Part shown: positions 1-14,345 of the stretch, piece by piece
How positions within the stretch are numbered: position 1 is the stretch's first letter
Layout: every line of letters begins with the position of its first letter
Program-made: the position numbers and the translations under genes
Source of the DNA: Octopus vulgaris
Lineage: Eukaryota
NCBI GenBank assembly: GCA_951406725.2
Contig: OX597815.1
Location: 26,598,001-26,662,000 of the forward strand
Length of the DNA: 64,000 nucleotides
Direction: 5' to 3'
The notes under the pieces: generated by a model
What the model saw: only the letters and a program-made list of their open reading frames with translations
Told to the model about the DNA's origin: nothing
Database searches by the model: none

Positions 1-319
1 TACCTATCTATCTATCTAACTTTCTATCTCTATTTCTCTATCTCTCTCTCCCCCCTCTTTGACAATCAATTTATATAAACATCTGCAGGTACAGAAGCGC
101 GCACGTGTAAGAGTGTGTCCATACACACCCGCGTGCACATATCTTTGCATTGATATGATTTTGCAGCCTTGTATAACTGTTTAGGCGCACACATGTTTAT
201 GTATATGTGTATGTACGTCTGTATGCCTGTCTATATATATGTATGTGTGTGTGAGTGTGTATGAATGTACACATGTATGCGTGTGTAAGTACATAGCATG
301 TATGTGTGTATGTATATAT

Positions 320-384
<65 letters not shown>

Positions 385-1171
385 CACACACATATATATA
401 TATACACACACATACATAAATATAGAGGATGAATTTATATGTGCATGTATGTTTGTGTGTTTGCTTGTGTGTGTGCGTGATGGTGTGTGTGTGTGCGTAT
501 GCGAGCGTGTGTGTGTGTGTGTGTGTGTGTGTTATTCGTCTAATCAAACTGTGAACCACATAACTTATCCCTTCTGTACAATCCGTTAGAACGCCAAAGG
601 TGAGATGTCTGTTGTAAAGGTCAACAGGTTAGCGGAAGACCATTAGTTACTAGCACTTGGAAATCCTCATACTGCGACGAATCGTCGAGATAAATTTTAG
701 GAACACCATTTCTTACTTGAGTTTATGGATTCTTAAAGAGGCCTGAAACCTAAGTTTATAAACAGATAGGAAATAATAAGAGGCTACGATTCTCTTACCT
801 TCTTTTTAAAAATGAGCAATAACATGACTTCGATGTTCATACGCCAGTATTACAAAGAATCGAAAGCGTGCCACATTTATTATTTGAACTATTTATATGG
901 AAGCAAGAGCAGTGCATAGCTAGAATATGTGACGCCCAAGGACAACCCTTCGTTTTGTCGCTTCTCGGACCCTCACAAAAGCTATTACATGTTGCAGTGA
1001 TTCCCTCTGCGCTTGAAAAGGGAACCCTAGCTTACTTTAACAATTTCATCTGAATGTGTTGCAGGTAGCACACCTATGGCATCATGCAGATATCACCTAG
1101 AAATATAGTTATTACGTAAGTTTATCCACTTGAAACAGCTACCGAGATATGACATTACATAATTTTTTTTC

Positions 1172-1566
1172 CGTGGCTGTGTAGTAAGTAGCTTGCTTAC
1201 CAACCACATGGTTCCGGGTTCAGTCCCACTGCGTGGCACCTTGGGCAAGTGTCTTCTACTATAGCCTCGGGCCGACCAAAGCCTTGTGAGTGGATTTGGT
1301 AGACGGAAATTGAAAGAAGCCCGTCGTATATATGTAAATATATATATATATGTGTGTGTGTGTTTGTGTGTCTGTGTTTGCCCCCCCCCCATATCGCTTG
1401 AAAACCGATGCTGGTGTGTTTACGTCCCCGTAACTTAGCGGTTCGACAAGAGACCGATATAATAAGTACTAGGCTTAAAAAGAATAAGTCATGGGGTCCA
1501 TTTGCTCGACTAAAGGCGGTGCTCCAGCATGGCCACAGTCACATGACTGAAACAAGTACAAGAGTA
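1172..1566 (+). mobile_element. tRNA-derived SINE, family A (CORE-like central segment)
   Basis: A-box-like TGGCTGTGTAGT and B-box-like GGTTCAGTCCC, then CACCTTGGGCAAGT resembling the CORE-SINE motif, and an internal (TG)n. Near-identical copies at 41263-41648 and 59806-60226. Confidence 0.85.
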
Positions 1567-2150
1567 TATGTATGTGTTTCTGTTCTCCGAGTAAGTAGAG
1601 GTTTCAAGCCTGTGTTTATCTTCCTTACTACTTATGTGTGTGTATATTCTCTTTTGCTTCTAATTATTTAAATTCATCTTCTGCGGAAGCTACTAGTTTT
1701 TAACAAAGATACAAAGTTTCGTCGTTGGCATCTCGATAACAAAAACAATGTTGCATTTTAAACTGGTGAAAAGTCTTGCGTATTGAACTCAGAACGTAAA
1801 GAGCGAAATACCGCGACGCAATTTATTCGTATTGCTAATGATTCTGCCAGTTCGCCACCTTTAAACAGAGTCGCTAATCTAATCATATATATTATGTTTC
1901 AAAAATTGGTGAGGTGGTCGTGGTAAGAATGCATCACATCATATATCTGCTTTTTTTTTTTCGTGATTATTATAAGAAATTCAAATTTTAAAAATTTCCA
2001 AAACTATGAAAGAATGTCTGTCTTCAAATAAATTCAAATGTGTTTGTGTGTGTGTATGTGGTTTTTTTGTGTGTATGTGTTTTTTGTGTGTATGTGTTTT
2101 TTGTTTGTGTGTGTGTGTATGTTTGTGTGTGCGTGTTTGTGTGTGTGTAT

Positions 2151-2205
<55 letters not shown>

Positions 2206-2720
2206 CACCGACTTTTCCTGCAACCGAAAATGTGTTGCGCTTTATTCCATTGGCATCCTCAGTTCATTCAACCAACAGAAGGTGAAGGTTGAAACCTGAC
2301 ATTATATGTCTACCACCCTTGATAAGTAGCAACTATGGAAATTCTTTTGTCTTAGAGTGATAAAATGGAAACCAAATTGCAGATTAGCAAGCGAAGATAA
2401 GGATAGCTCATCAATTAACAGTTGTAATGGTCTTGGTTTTTGTTGATGTTTAGTTTTGTTTTTTAGCCATGTATATAATTGAATGTGAAGTGGTACGTGT
2501 GACGTACATATATTTCCGGCGATGTGAGGAGATAATAGGGACGTAAAAGAAATAAACTGGCTTCAACATATCTTTGACACTGCCTTGTCTTGCTGAGAGC
2601 TTACTGTGTTAATTAATAATTCTAATAATAATTAGTTCTTTTGTGTAATAATAATGATCATGTTGTTAGTCATCTTAAATAAGCTACATTGTTTATTTTG
2701 TTCTTGTTTCTTCTCCTTAG

Positions 2721-2938
2721 GATTTTCGGGACGAAGTGCAGCAGTTGTATGCAACCAATTCCAGCCAACGAATTAGTGATGAGAGCCATAGGCAACGTTT
2801 ACCATCTACGGTGTTTTGCATGCGTAGCGTGCGGTCACCAACTACAGAAAGGAGATCAGTTTGTAATTCGAGACGGTCAGTTATTCTGCCGTATGGACTT
2901 TGAAAAGGAATATGGAGTTATGCCACTAAGTCCGAAAA
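2721..2938 (+). CDS. Lmx1: Lmx1-class LIM-homeodomain gene, exon encoding the second LIM domain
   Basis: Pyrimidine tract + AG at 2719-2720 and donor GTAAGT at 2939. Translation IFGTKCSSCMQPIP...VYHLRCFACVACGHQLQKGDQFVIRDGQLFCRMDFEKE is a LIM double zinc finger resembling Lmx1 LIM2. Phase 2 in, phase 1 out. Confidence 0.95.
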
Positions 2939-3036
2939 GTAAGTTAAACTCCGTCAATGATTTTACAGTTGTTTTCTTTTTTTATAAAAGGTCTTCAAAA
3001 TGCCAAATTAACCTACTTTTTTCTCTTATATATATA

Positions 3037-3084
<48 letters not shown>

Positions 3085-3199
3085 AAACGTTGATATATAT
3101 ATATATATATATATATCAATGTTTGTAATAACATATATTTTTCATCTCTTGTTATAGATATGTGAGTGGTTTAGATGTTGTCGGCTATCGGCCGAGTAC

Positions 3200-5190
3200 A
3201 TCGTGAAAATTGTCCGCCACTTTCTTTTAATTTTCTTAAAAAGCTAATGTGGATGTTCGACTGTGAAATTACCCGATTTGCAGAGAGCTTTGAGCACCTA
3301 ACAACATTCTCAACTGCTAAAAGAACTAATTGCTGATGTCTTTAAACCAACAAATGAAGTATTCTGCGACCCACAGGTGCATGCTAAATGTAGGCTCATT
3401 CACTCAGGTCATGCCCACTACTCTTATCTACGCTTCAGCAAATTTTCCGGTAGGGCCAAACCTTCCTTTATACTATCATCTCAAATAAGTTGAACTTAAA
3501 GGGTTCAAGGAGGGCTTGGACAAATAGGAAAGCATCTGTCCTCAGTTTTTTCAGCTCGTTCAACACAACCGTTTTGCCATAAACAGACAAAGGGAAATTC
3601 TCTGCTCTTCCCGAATAACAGAAGGTGATTGGTCGCTCTTCGCGGTCGAGACTTGCCAATAAACGGATTTGCTTTACACACGGCAATAGGTGTTCGTCAA
3701 AACTCCACAAATCAGAAATGCTCAAAAACTGTATGAACTTATGCACAACAGATTCGTCGCTCTGCGTGCATACTAAAACCATTGCGAGGCGTCATTCTGC
3801 TTATGCTGACAAGGATCTTTCACATATCAGCTCAAACAGCATACCCCTCCTCAACACTTTGAGTTTCTACAACAGAGTATCTACAGCCAGTGCATATCAA
3901 AGGAATAATAGAGGATTCGTTTCACATGCCAAACATGTGACTGAAATGATTCCTACAGTTATCTATTTAATTTGACCAACAAACAGAATTCGCTATATAT
4001 TGAACGAGCCTGTCTCTGAAAACGGGTTTGAAATTGGCTGTTCTGAGGGAGTCCGACAAATAACGATGTTCGGACCTTTTAAAAGCTTCCGTTTGATCCA
4101 AATTGATCATGCCCCCCATTTAATACATAGCTGTTATCTCCATCTGTACGGTGTAATGTATGGGGAGCGCGCAGCTTGGTACTCTCCCAATTACTCGACC
4201 GAAGGTCACGTCAAACTATTTCCTAGAACCTTGGCAACAATTTTATACTTCTGTATTCAGCAGAGACGTAGACTAGAAGTTGTCGGTAATGCCTCCTTTT
4301 TTGCGTCCCTCCCTAGCAGCGCTATTACTCACTGACTCATGGAACTGAGGGTGCCTCCCTTCTGCTACCAGTTACTATAAACATCTACCAAGACGTAGGT
4401 AAACAAGAGTCGCATGTATACGTAAAACTTATTGAGTATACCATTCAAGACATGTGGTTTTGCCCTCACACAACCACTTAAAGCCAATTGTATCGAACTG
4501 CTATTGTCGGCTTTTTTCCTAAGCTGCGACAGATCATTGTGGTAGACACTGACATCCATTACTTTCTTCCGTATACTTGTCCACTGGTCCCGTAAATATA
4601 CTTACTTATAGGGGTGGGCAGCATTTGCAACTCCAAGACCTATAACAGTCATGGTAGGTGATCAATTTATCTCCGACAGTCTCTTTTTCTTCTAGGATCA
4701 CCCCATGCAAAAAAAGCGTCATTTCTTATAGGATGTCTGTTGGATGTATTCACCAGAGACGCACATTATCATTGGTGACCATCGAGCTTCCTCCTCTTTG
4801 GTGCCCAAGATCAGAAATGCCCGAACTTTTTGTCTGTACCATACGGTACGCCATACTTATTTTGGGCACTCCTCGACTCGTATAGGTATTGAGGTGTCCA
4901 CGTATCTAATTTTACTATTTCTGCGCCTGTAGATTATACATTGCCTTTGCTTTCGCTCCACATCCTCAACAGGTAACGTGAATATGTCCGATGCCACGGT
5001 GCATGCTTTAGATTGTTGCCTGAAGGCTTCCTTGTTCTGAGACGCATACATAGGCCAGAACAGCATGCTGAGATTTGCAAATGATACATTAAGTTTCACT
5101 AGCTGCGTTGGCGAAACTGCTACCCTTAGAGTCACTGAAAGCTAGCATAGGAGTCAGACTCGTCACATCGTTGATGCTGGTAGCAATACT
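3200..5190 (-). mobile_element. Degraded L1/Tx1-clade LINE ORF2 (reverse transcriptase) in an Lmx1 intron
   Basis: Minus-strand remnants in the expected order: KPHVLNGILNKFY (cf. KSPGxDG...EFY), SLLNTE-YKIVAKVLGNSL, INLDQTEAFKRSEHRYL, YALAVDTLL, and SA*AE (cf. SAYADD). Many stops and frameshifts. Confidence 0.75.
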
Positions 5191-5589
5191 AACAAGGAAA
5201 TGGGGTCAAAAATAAATAGTTTTTTTTTTATTGTGATTAAATATATGAAGGGATTTTTAAATATCAGGTGATAAAGAGAGGTTGTCGTGGCTTTGAAATT
5301 ACGTTTCTATTGATTATATACAGTACGAAGTGAATATATTGTGTATAGTGTTGCAGTCTATAGTTTTTTATAGCTATTTATAAGGTTTGTGCTTTATTAT
5401 ATATTTAGAATTATTTCTATATATATTATTTGTAATGATGTTAGATTTTTTTTTTAAAGATCTTCTATAACAATTTTATAATAATACAAAAAAATATCAT
5501 TACTTGGTGTTTTGAATTGATAATTCCTTCGGATTGATTTATATTGTATTTATTTAGAGAATTTAGTAAATAAAAGTTGAATACAAATA

Positions 5590-5990
5590 TCTTAACATCA
5601 ACACAAATGTATCTGACCGTGAAGCTTGTGTTTCGTCTTTCCATATATTGTGGCGTCAACCTCTGGGCTCAACAGCGCACCAGCGCTGCTTGCTTCTTTG
5701 CCTTGGCTGCATTCTTAAACACTACGCATACACTTCCATGCATCCTGCTCCGGTTGATGGAGTATACATCGGACCACGTATCAACCAGGACTTTAACTGT
5801 TTCTTCGAGAGAACACTTCTTTTTCGAGAAGCAGAAGTGTGACATTTTACTTTTTGGTCTTTTCTTGGTGAATCTGTCGGGCTCGTATTCTCTTCCTGAG
5901 GCTGTCCTTTCCAAATTTTGGCGACGCTTGTAAACAATGATTTGCTACTGTGGTTGCTTTTTCGCTACTTGTTCATGTTAAATTTTGAAT
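5590..5990 (-). mobile_element. Probable ORF1 fragment of the adjacent Tx1-like LINE
   Basis: GC-richer coding-like stretch (HGSVCVVFKNAAKAKK...LTPQYMERRNTSFTV) upstream of and co-oriented with the ORF2 remnant. Family assignment is by position and resemblance only. Confidence 0.4.
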
Positions 5991-6351
5991 GTTTGTGTTT
6001 ATAAACATGTCTTTCGAACGTTGATTTCTTTTTCTGATCATTTAAATACGTTTTTTCTTTTCTTTGTTTCAAAAGTGGTGATTTGTTGCTGCCATGTTTG
6101 TAACTTGTACCCTTCCTCCACACTCCACCGAGATGCATATTTTGAATCACTTTTAAAAGAATGCTTATTCAAATATATAATGTCCAAGAATGCACTTTAT
6201 TATTCCAACTCAGGGTAATAAGGATGACACTCAAACATTCTAAAGTCTTTCGTAGACAAAATAAGACAAAAGAACATTCCTTCTTTTCCAGCAAATTAAA
6301 CGTCATAAATCGAATTTCAATACGGAGCTGTTGCACGCGCTCCTTCGACGA

Positions 6352-6416
<65 letters not shown>

Positions 6417-6450
6417 CAACAACAACAATAATAATAAAAACAATAATAAA

Positions 6451-6522
<72 letters not shown>
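6352..6522. repeat. (AAT)n microsatellite with (AAC) interruption
   Basis: Seen directly. Source of the poly-I, poly-N and poly-Y ORFs. Confidence 0.98.
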
Positions 6523-9500
6523 TTGAAACAAGCAAAGTAAAAATCAACCTTATTTAATTTGATTTGTATTTTTATGAATATTTTATATCTATAAAGGCTT
6601 GAGTCAGGGAAAGCAGAATATCTTTTACATTTAATAAAATCAAGAAGATAATAACGGAAATATCTAAGAAATCAAATAAATACTGATATAAGAAAAATAA
6701 TTTCATTATTTTTGTTAGAATTATGTTTCTGGATATAATTTAGTCGCTTAATAACAATGAATATTGTTGCTTGTTCATTTGTTATATTTGACTGTGTCCG
6801 TGGGAATGCGTGTGTATGTGTGTGTGTGTGTGTGTGTGTATGTTTGTGTGTGTGTGTGTTTCGCACACTTGTGTTTCAGTGTATATGCGTATATGTGTGC
6901 CACAGTGCGCTTGTATATGCATTTCTTTTTATTGTTTGGTTTCTTTCATTTTGCCTTCTGTTTTGTTTGACTTTAGGTGCTGTGTTTACTTTTACAAGCC
7001 AAGCAAGCCACTTTACCTAAATTTGCTATGCCCCCATACACCGCCTTCATTTCTCTCCCTCTCTCCCTCTCTCTTTCCCTCTCTCCCTCTCTCATTCTCT
7101 CCTATTATGCTATCTCTCACTTTAAATTTCTCATTCTCACTTATACGCTGACTCTCTATTTTTAATTATCTATCTATATTCATTCACACATCTATCAATC
7201 TATCTTCAACAAGTTAAAGTTTTCCTTCTCTCACACAAACACTTTCTTTATCTCTAGCTCTACTTTTCTTCAGAACTAAATATGAAAATATTAAATATTT
7301 AAATTGGAAATACATTTGTTTTGTTTATTGTTATCATTATAATTGTTTTTGTTTTGTAGTTTTGTTTTTTCTTTTCATTATCTCATTTCTTAACGTTTAA
7401 TTGTTATTACTTCTATATATTATTATTTACTTCTGTTTGATTATTTCTATTTTTCATCGGAATTGTCTTCTATAATTTCTTAAATTACATTTTAGATTAA
7501 AGTTACATTATTGTTTTTCATTTGGAGAAAAGTTTTCAAAGACTATTCCAATTCTAATTTTTCATTTTTCATTTGCTAATTTATTGAAACCGAAATAAAA
7601 ACGATAGAACGAAAGTGCAAAAGAAAGAAGGAAAGAAAGGAAATCAGTTTAATTTAATACGGCGCTTGGTCTATATTATACTTTCTTATGAAATCACCAA
7701 TTAATCTTCAAATATCACATATTTACAACATATTTGTAGATTAATTAAGACAAGAATAGAATATCTATAATTAAATCGTAGCTAGAATATTAGAACAATA
7801 ATTTTCTGTTTGAATTATATTAGTTGGGCCATTATAGTGTTTGACAGTTTCTGTGTTCGTATTCCATCACTTGCCGTCCGCTGTACCTGTGGACAAAACA
7901 CAAAACAACCAGGTCATCTGGTTGTAAATAAGTATAACAGATCGTTAAAGCACGTTGTTCTAAACAAACAGCAGGAGTACTATATAATGAACAAGTAGTT
8001 TTTCAGCTTATGGTGCTGAGTCAACACTTCCAATAACTATACAGCTTTATGAAGGACAAGTTCCGTCTAGCAAACTTGTCCTAGATGCATTATAAGACGA
8101 ACATATTGTTGTAGTTTCAGGGTAATTTTTTTGAAGAGAGGTACTCTTACAAACTTATACATCTATGTACTTATATCACGTCTGTACAACATGGCAATTA
8201 TTTTTTTTAATCTGGGACCTTTACAATCCATTTAATTCTTGGTATTCCTCATATATGAATATGTATCACCGCCTTTTACATATATTACCTTGTGTTTATT
8301 GGCGTAAGCAACTCTAATGGAAACATCTTTATATATTATGCCTACCTGGAGAAGAGGATGGAAAATATTACAAGCTTATAAAACAGAATTCATTTGGGGA
8401 ATCTCTAAGAAAACAATGTGCTGTATACTTTGTATGTATGTTTATCTTAAATATTTGAACATGAGAACTTCACAGTTTACATGTTTGAGTATTCTCTGAA
8501 GTACTAATTTACTCTACTATTCATGTGAAATTTTTCTTGCATTCTAAATTGAAACCATCCATTAGAAACATTTCTAAAATCCATAGGAAAAATAAGTTTT
8601 ACACCTTAATATCAAAACAGTAATTTAATATAATTTACATACTTATGAATTATAATTAAAGATTCATATTTTTCTCAGCACACAGGTTCTTAAGTGTTTA
8701 CAATTCATTGTTAGTACTAAAAAGTAACTTTACACCTGTTCAATGTGAATCGTTTGATTTGCTAAAAATACCGATTTAAAATCGAAGGGAAATGTTAAAT
8801 GATGTAGTTCTTGATATTCTAAGCTCGGAAAAAAAGATCACAGCTCTATGAAGTCGATAATCATAAATCTGCTGGATTAGTATTGTTCTGAGGCTAATCA
8901 CGAACTGGTTTTCTCAATATGTCACCGGAATGATTTCAGTATTTTTTAACAACGCTGAAGTCCTCTTTTTTCTGTAAAGAAACGGTATGTACGTGACTTA
9001 TTATTCGTTTCATAATTTTTGGTGATATCAACCAGGATGTAAACTTGAATTTGATATTCAAAAATAATCCTTGCAATATTTGAAACCCGATTATTTAAAG
9101 TATTTTGTTCAATTCCTTAGCATCTTTATCGAATTTATTGAAGCTATCTTTTCACAAGTATTTTGCGAGACTATTGGATATGGAGGCGGTGAATGGACGG
9201 TGTCATAAGCGCATCGGATGAAACATCTTGCCGAATTTCTTCCGGCTCTCAGTTCTAAGCATTATAAATAAAATGAAAAAGAATGGAATAAAGCAACACA
9301 AAGACGCTTTAGTTGCATCAATGGATTCATTTTCGAGATACAATTGCCGCACCATTAACTAACCTGTCTCCAGACTAATATAATGTTATATGTATTCAAT
9401 TCTTCCAGTAAACATGGAAATTCTTTATTACCAAATATTAGATACCCCAATTCTAGGGTAGTATATAGTCGATTAACTCGACTTCATTACTTGAGTGACA

Positions 9501-9999
9501 GTTTATTTTACTGAGCTTATAATGATGAAGGACTAAGTTGACTAAAGCAGGATTTGAACCCAGAACGTAAAGAGTCATAACTGAATATCACAAGGCATTT
9601 TTTCCGACGTTTCTACGATCCTACTCATCCATCTCTTTCTCTCATCAGTTATTAGTATCGATACAAAGAACTGTTTCATGACAAACATAAAAGCTTTGGA
9701 TGACACTTGGGACCATCCTTCTTCCGTTTTAAACTTCTTTTCTTTCTTTATGCTTTACATGACAAGTAAACTAATCCTTTTCATCCAGTTTTACGCTACT
9801 TTTAATCTTCATTGATAATTTTTTTCTTTTTTCTCCATGAAATCACAACTCACTTCGCCACACGGATATCCACATTATTGCTCATTATCCCCAACCAAAT
9901 AGAAATAGATGTGGACGAAATATAAACGTAAACATTTTTTTTAAAAAGTGTATGCATTCTCGTTTCTTTCTAATCACTTTCTTTGTTTCAAATTAACAG

Positions 10000-10136
10000 G
10001 TGACGATGGGGAAAGTTTTGATGACGTTGAAGGTGAAACAGCGAAAGGTCCTAAGCGGCCGCGAACTATTTTAACTACAAGTCAAAGAAGAAAATTCAAA
10101 GCATCCTTCGAAGTAAATCCCAAACCATGTCGAAAA
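10000..10136 (+). CDS. Lmx1: Lmx1 exon, linker plus homeodomain N-terminal arm and helix 1
   Basis: Acceptor ttaacAG and donor GTAAGT at 10137. Encodes (S)[45 protein letters not shown], with the Lmx1 signature [10 protein letters not shown]...PKPCRK. Phase 1 in, phase 0 out, compatible with the previous exon. Confidence 0.96.
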
Positions 10137-10264
10137 GTAAGTGTGAAATATGTTTTTAGCTTCTATTTTTATAATTCAGGGTGGACCAAAAAGTTTTTCA
10201 GCATATCACTGTTAATTGATTCAGGCAGTTTGAGTAACAAGATCGATTCAGGATTTGAAGTATG

Positions 10265-10712
10265 ACCCAGTCCTCGACAGCTTTCTCTAAATACAAGAAC
10301 AATAACATCAGTGCTTAATTCGGACCAGTATCTTAGATGATCGATATCTAACACCAGTCGGATTTCCTTTTATCTTCTTATATAAACACCAGATGACGTT
10401 CAACGTCAAATGAATGCAGAAAACGGCCAAATAACATCTCCAAGGTGATTTTCCACAGTTACCGGCAGGAAAGCATGAGGATGACTCCGGCTTGCCTAAC
10501 ATCACTATGATAACCATAGTAGCCCACAAGTCAAGACATCATTTGGGAAGCAATCCATGAGAGGATGAACCATCCACGAACGTCTTTCCAAAGTTATAAT
10601 TAAAACTGATGCAGGACTGTAGTACCGTAAATTTTATTTATACAGGACAACAATGAACCGACGAACAATGACGCCATTCGATTACCATGACGCAATGGAA
10701 TGTGCGCCATAG
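10265..10712 (-). mobile_element. Degraded RTE-like LINE 3' fragment
   Basis: Coding-like, stop-riddled sequence resembling an RTE C-terminus, interrupted at its right side by the family B dimer. Confidence 0.4.
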
Positions 10713-10724
10713 TGTCCAACGCAA

Positions 10725-11145
10725 AGACGGCGAGCTGGCAGAAGCGTTAGCACGCCGGGCGAAATGCTTAGCAGTATTTCGTCTGTCGTTACGTTATGAG
10801 TTCAAATTCCGCCGAGGTTGACTTTGCCTTTCATCCTTTCGGGGTCGATAAATTAAGTGCCAGTTACGCACTGGGGTCGATGTAATCGACTTAATCCCTT
10901 TGTCTGTCCTTGTTTGTCCCCTCTATGTTTAGCCCCTTGTGAGTAGTAAAGAAATAGGTATTTCGTCTGCCGTTACGTTGTGAATTCAAATTCTGCCGAG
11001 GTCGACTTTGCCTTACATCCTTTCGGGGTCGATAAATAAAGTACCAGTTTCGCAGTGGGGTCAATGTAATCGACTTAATCCCTTTGTCTGTCCTTCTTTG
11101 TCCCCTCTATGTTTAGCCCCTTGTGAGTAGTAAAGAAACATATAA
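10725..11145 (+). mobile_element. SINE family B, head-to-tail dimer with 12-bp TSD
   Basis: Head GGCGAGCTGGCAGAA...GAGTTCAAATTCC, with the body repeated from about 10959. TSD TGTCCAACGCAA at 10713-10724 and 11146-11157. Confidence 0.88.
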
Positions 11146-11188
11146 TGTCCAACGCAAGTGAAAGTTGCAGTCTGATAATGATGACGAC

Positions 11189-11269
11189 GGTGACGCCACC
11201 AACGACGACGCCACCAACGACGACGCCACCAACGACGACGCCACCAACGACGACGACGATGATGATGAT
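11189..11269. repeat. 15-bp minisatellite (GACGCCACCAACGAC)x4 grading into (GAC/GAT)n
   Basis: Seen directly. Confidence 0.9.
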
Positions 11270-12012
11270 CTAGGTTTCGCCATAACTCAGGATATTTTTA
11301 TGAATATATTTCAAAAAGTGATGGTTCTCCTCTTGTTTTCTTTCTTTATGATATATGATCAGAATTTTTAGGGGGGAAAGAACTTCACGTTAAGTAATGT
11401 CAATGAAAAATAATTATCAGAATTAGTCCGTTTATTTTCTGTGTTATAATAAAATGACATGTTAATTTGTGACAGGAAAATATAATGGGAATTTTCAGAA
11501 AGTCTTTGAAAGAAATACAGACATTTTAGCATTAAACATTACAGCACTTAATATCGCTAGTCTTCTCAAGAGACGCAGAAGCATCATATAATCTCATTCC
11601 TTTCTCATACAACATTGTAGTTTCGTGCCAACGAAATGAATATTACAATTATTAAAATTACTAATATGACAACTATTAAGATTATATCATCTCAAGAGAC
11701 GTGAATTCATGTGCGTTTAATAATATTGCGTTATATAACTCTAAACTTAATATCGCTAAATCATTTGTTCTCTGCTCTAACTGATACTTGTATAATTTCA
11801 GCACCTGGGTGAAAATATTATTTTAGTTAAAAGTATTTGTTATTGTAGTGGCTTTAACGAGTATTATTAATTTTTGTAAGTACAGGAGGAATTCAACTAT
11901 ATGATGATACCAAAAGAAGGAATATATGCATACATGCATACATATATATGTGTATACATATGTATGTATATACACATGTATATATATATAGTGTATATAT
12001 ATATATATATAT

Positions 12013-12071
<59 letters not shown>

Positions 12072-12269
12072 TTAGCTGAGTTAGAGGTGAAAATAACCGG
12101 CTAAGGGGTAGAAGTATCCATTACACTACCGGTATATTCCCTATGTTTAACCATGGGGATACATATGCAAGCATACGTATGGATGCTGTCTATTTGTATT
12201 GAATTAATAAATAATAATTGATGTAAGTCAATTGTTCTTCATCAATATTTCTCCATTTTCTGTTTTCTT

Positions 12270-12366
<97 letters not shown>

Positions 12367-12506
12367 TTATCAATAATAAAGTGATTGTTTCTTATCAGGA
12401 ACTAAATGTTTAATAGGACTGCAATAGAAGTGCTCAAGTAAATGAGACACATATGATACGTTACATGGATGACCTTATATTTGTTTGTTCTGCAACCATA
12501 GTTTAC

Positions 12507-12597
<91 letters not shown>

Positions 12598-13282
12598 TCA
12601 TATGAGGCTCTTGCAGCTTACTTTTGAGTTGTCAATTTCCTAAATACATCATCTGCATTTCTAGATCCTCATGGTCTCATCTTCAGTATGGAGTAGTGAT
12701 GACGTTGTTTTTCCCTCTTTATGATAAAAAGTGCCAATTCGATTTGTAGAGAACTTAGTGCCGAAATTTGAATTTTGATTGTTAGGATTTATAGCCACCA
12801 ATGAGATATTTATTTTTCATATAAGTATTATTAATCGGTTATTTTGTGACCCATTCTGTAGAATTAGATGTGTTAGCCAATGTTTTCTGAATTAACTATA
12901 TTTTGTATTTTGTCGTGAATTGCGAATGCAATTTAATTACCCACACAACAAATTTACTAGGATTCAGAGAAATAAAAGCCACGTGAAAGTTGAACTGCGG
13001 TACGTTCACAAATACGACTCCCATATTTCTATTACAATTAAGGAGCAGTCATCTCACAAAATCTCTATGGAACAATAAAATATGACTTCATGATTTTGAT
13101 GAAGTCATAAAGATCTAGACACGTTAGTGATTAGATTTAGAAACTTTGCTGTTCAAACCAAAGTGTAAGGAACTCAGACGAAATGAAAATATGAAAAAAG
13201 ATTGATAAAAACAAGATTAAAACAATCGTGTGTTCAATGCAGCACGTCTAAAAAAATGCTATTCCCCATAGATACATGTATG

Positions 13283-13329
<47 letters not shown>

Positions 13330-13455
13330 ATACCTGGTGATATACTGCTAAATGTAATTTGAAGTAACTGTATGGACTTGAACTCAAGATCTATGAACTA
13401 AAATTGCCATACCATATCCTCTTGCCTATTTTTACTTCTATGTGAATGTTTGTTT

Positions 13456-13497
<42 letters not shown>

Positions 13498-13779
13498 TGT
13501 ATATATTTGACTTCGCATGATAGAAAAAAAAATAATATTAATACATTTTCGAGAAAAGCCCACGATTATATCATCTGCCACCTTATCAGACCGTTTATTA
13601 AATCTAACTTCTCTAAGTTTCGTTACATTTGGACATTAACATAATCTGGACCGACAAATTTATCTAGCCAAAAAATACTTATGACAATCTATTTCAGACA
13701 GACACACAAAACACGCATATATTCACTCTTGCACACACATACACATATATTTTGTGGTTGGGGTATTGTGTCTTTGTTC

Positions 13780-13810
<31 letters not shown>

Positions 13811-14267
13811 GCTCATATATACATATAGACATGCATGCATACACGTATGCATACATAAATACATATATAATACACACACACATGCACACACTAATGCTCA
13901 CATACACATGTGTTGTAACCTCGGAATATCAATAAACAATATCAAAAGAGCATATTTTTAATAAAAATACCTCCATAGCATCAATCGGCAACTTTTATAT
14001 TAATACCAAAAAGGCATTGAAAGAATCGATTAGTGTTTAAGACCGCCGTTTGAAGGTCGGAATCATGGAAATATTATCTATAAATCAATAACAGATCAGC
14101 TGGAGTGCCAACTGCATGAATGATGAAATTTAGCTTATGTTCAGGTTAGCTGAAAAATAACACTGCAGACGAATGCCTTCTTTGAGATATTGCAGAGATA
14201 AACCTCTAACTGTATAAGAAGTTCTTATTATATCAAGTATCTTATAATTTTCTTGTGTATTTTGCAG

Positions 14268-14345
14268 GTAAGAGAATCCTTGGCAGCGGAAACCGGTCTA
14301 AGTGTCAGAGTAGTCCAGGTGTGGTTCCAGAATCAGCGAGCAAAA
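14268..14345 (+). CDS. Lmx1: Lmx1 exon, homeodomain helices 2-3 (78 nt, absent from the ORF track)
   Basis: Acceptor ttttgcAG and donor GTAAAT at 14346. Encodes [26 protein letters not shown], nearly identical to vertebrate LMX1. Phase 0-0. Confidence 0.97.

Noticed and set aside
181-589. Many 60-160 aa ORFs rich in YI, CV, HT, LS, poly-I or poly-N here and throughout the window
   Set aside because: They are translations of (TA)n, (TG)n, (TC)n and (AAT)n microsatellites, which lack stop codons.
2605-2640. TAATTA clusters as Lmx1 autoregulatory homeodomain sites
   Set aside because: Expected by chance in such AT-rich DNA, and no conservation data are available.
3625-3975. Plus-strand ORF containing SAYADK, suggesting an inverted second RT
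   Set aside because: TCTGCTTATGCTGA is quasi-palindromic. The ordered RT motifs run on the minus strand through the same site.
11165-11371. Acidic repeat ORF (DDATN)n as a possible exon or protein
   Set aside because: It is a minisatellite next to a SINE TSD. No supporting splice sites, and it would interrupt the homeodomain.
13081-13110. 11-bp-stem hairpin TATGACTTCAT/ATGAAGTCATA in an intron
   Set aside because: Too short for a pre-miRNA and plausible by chance.
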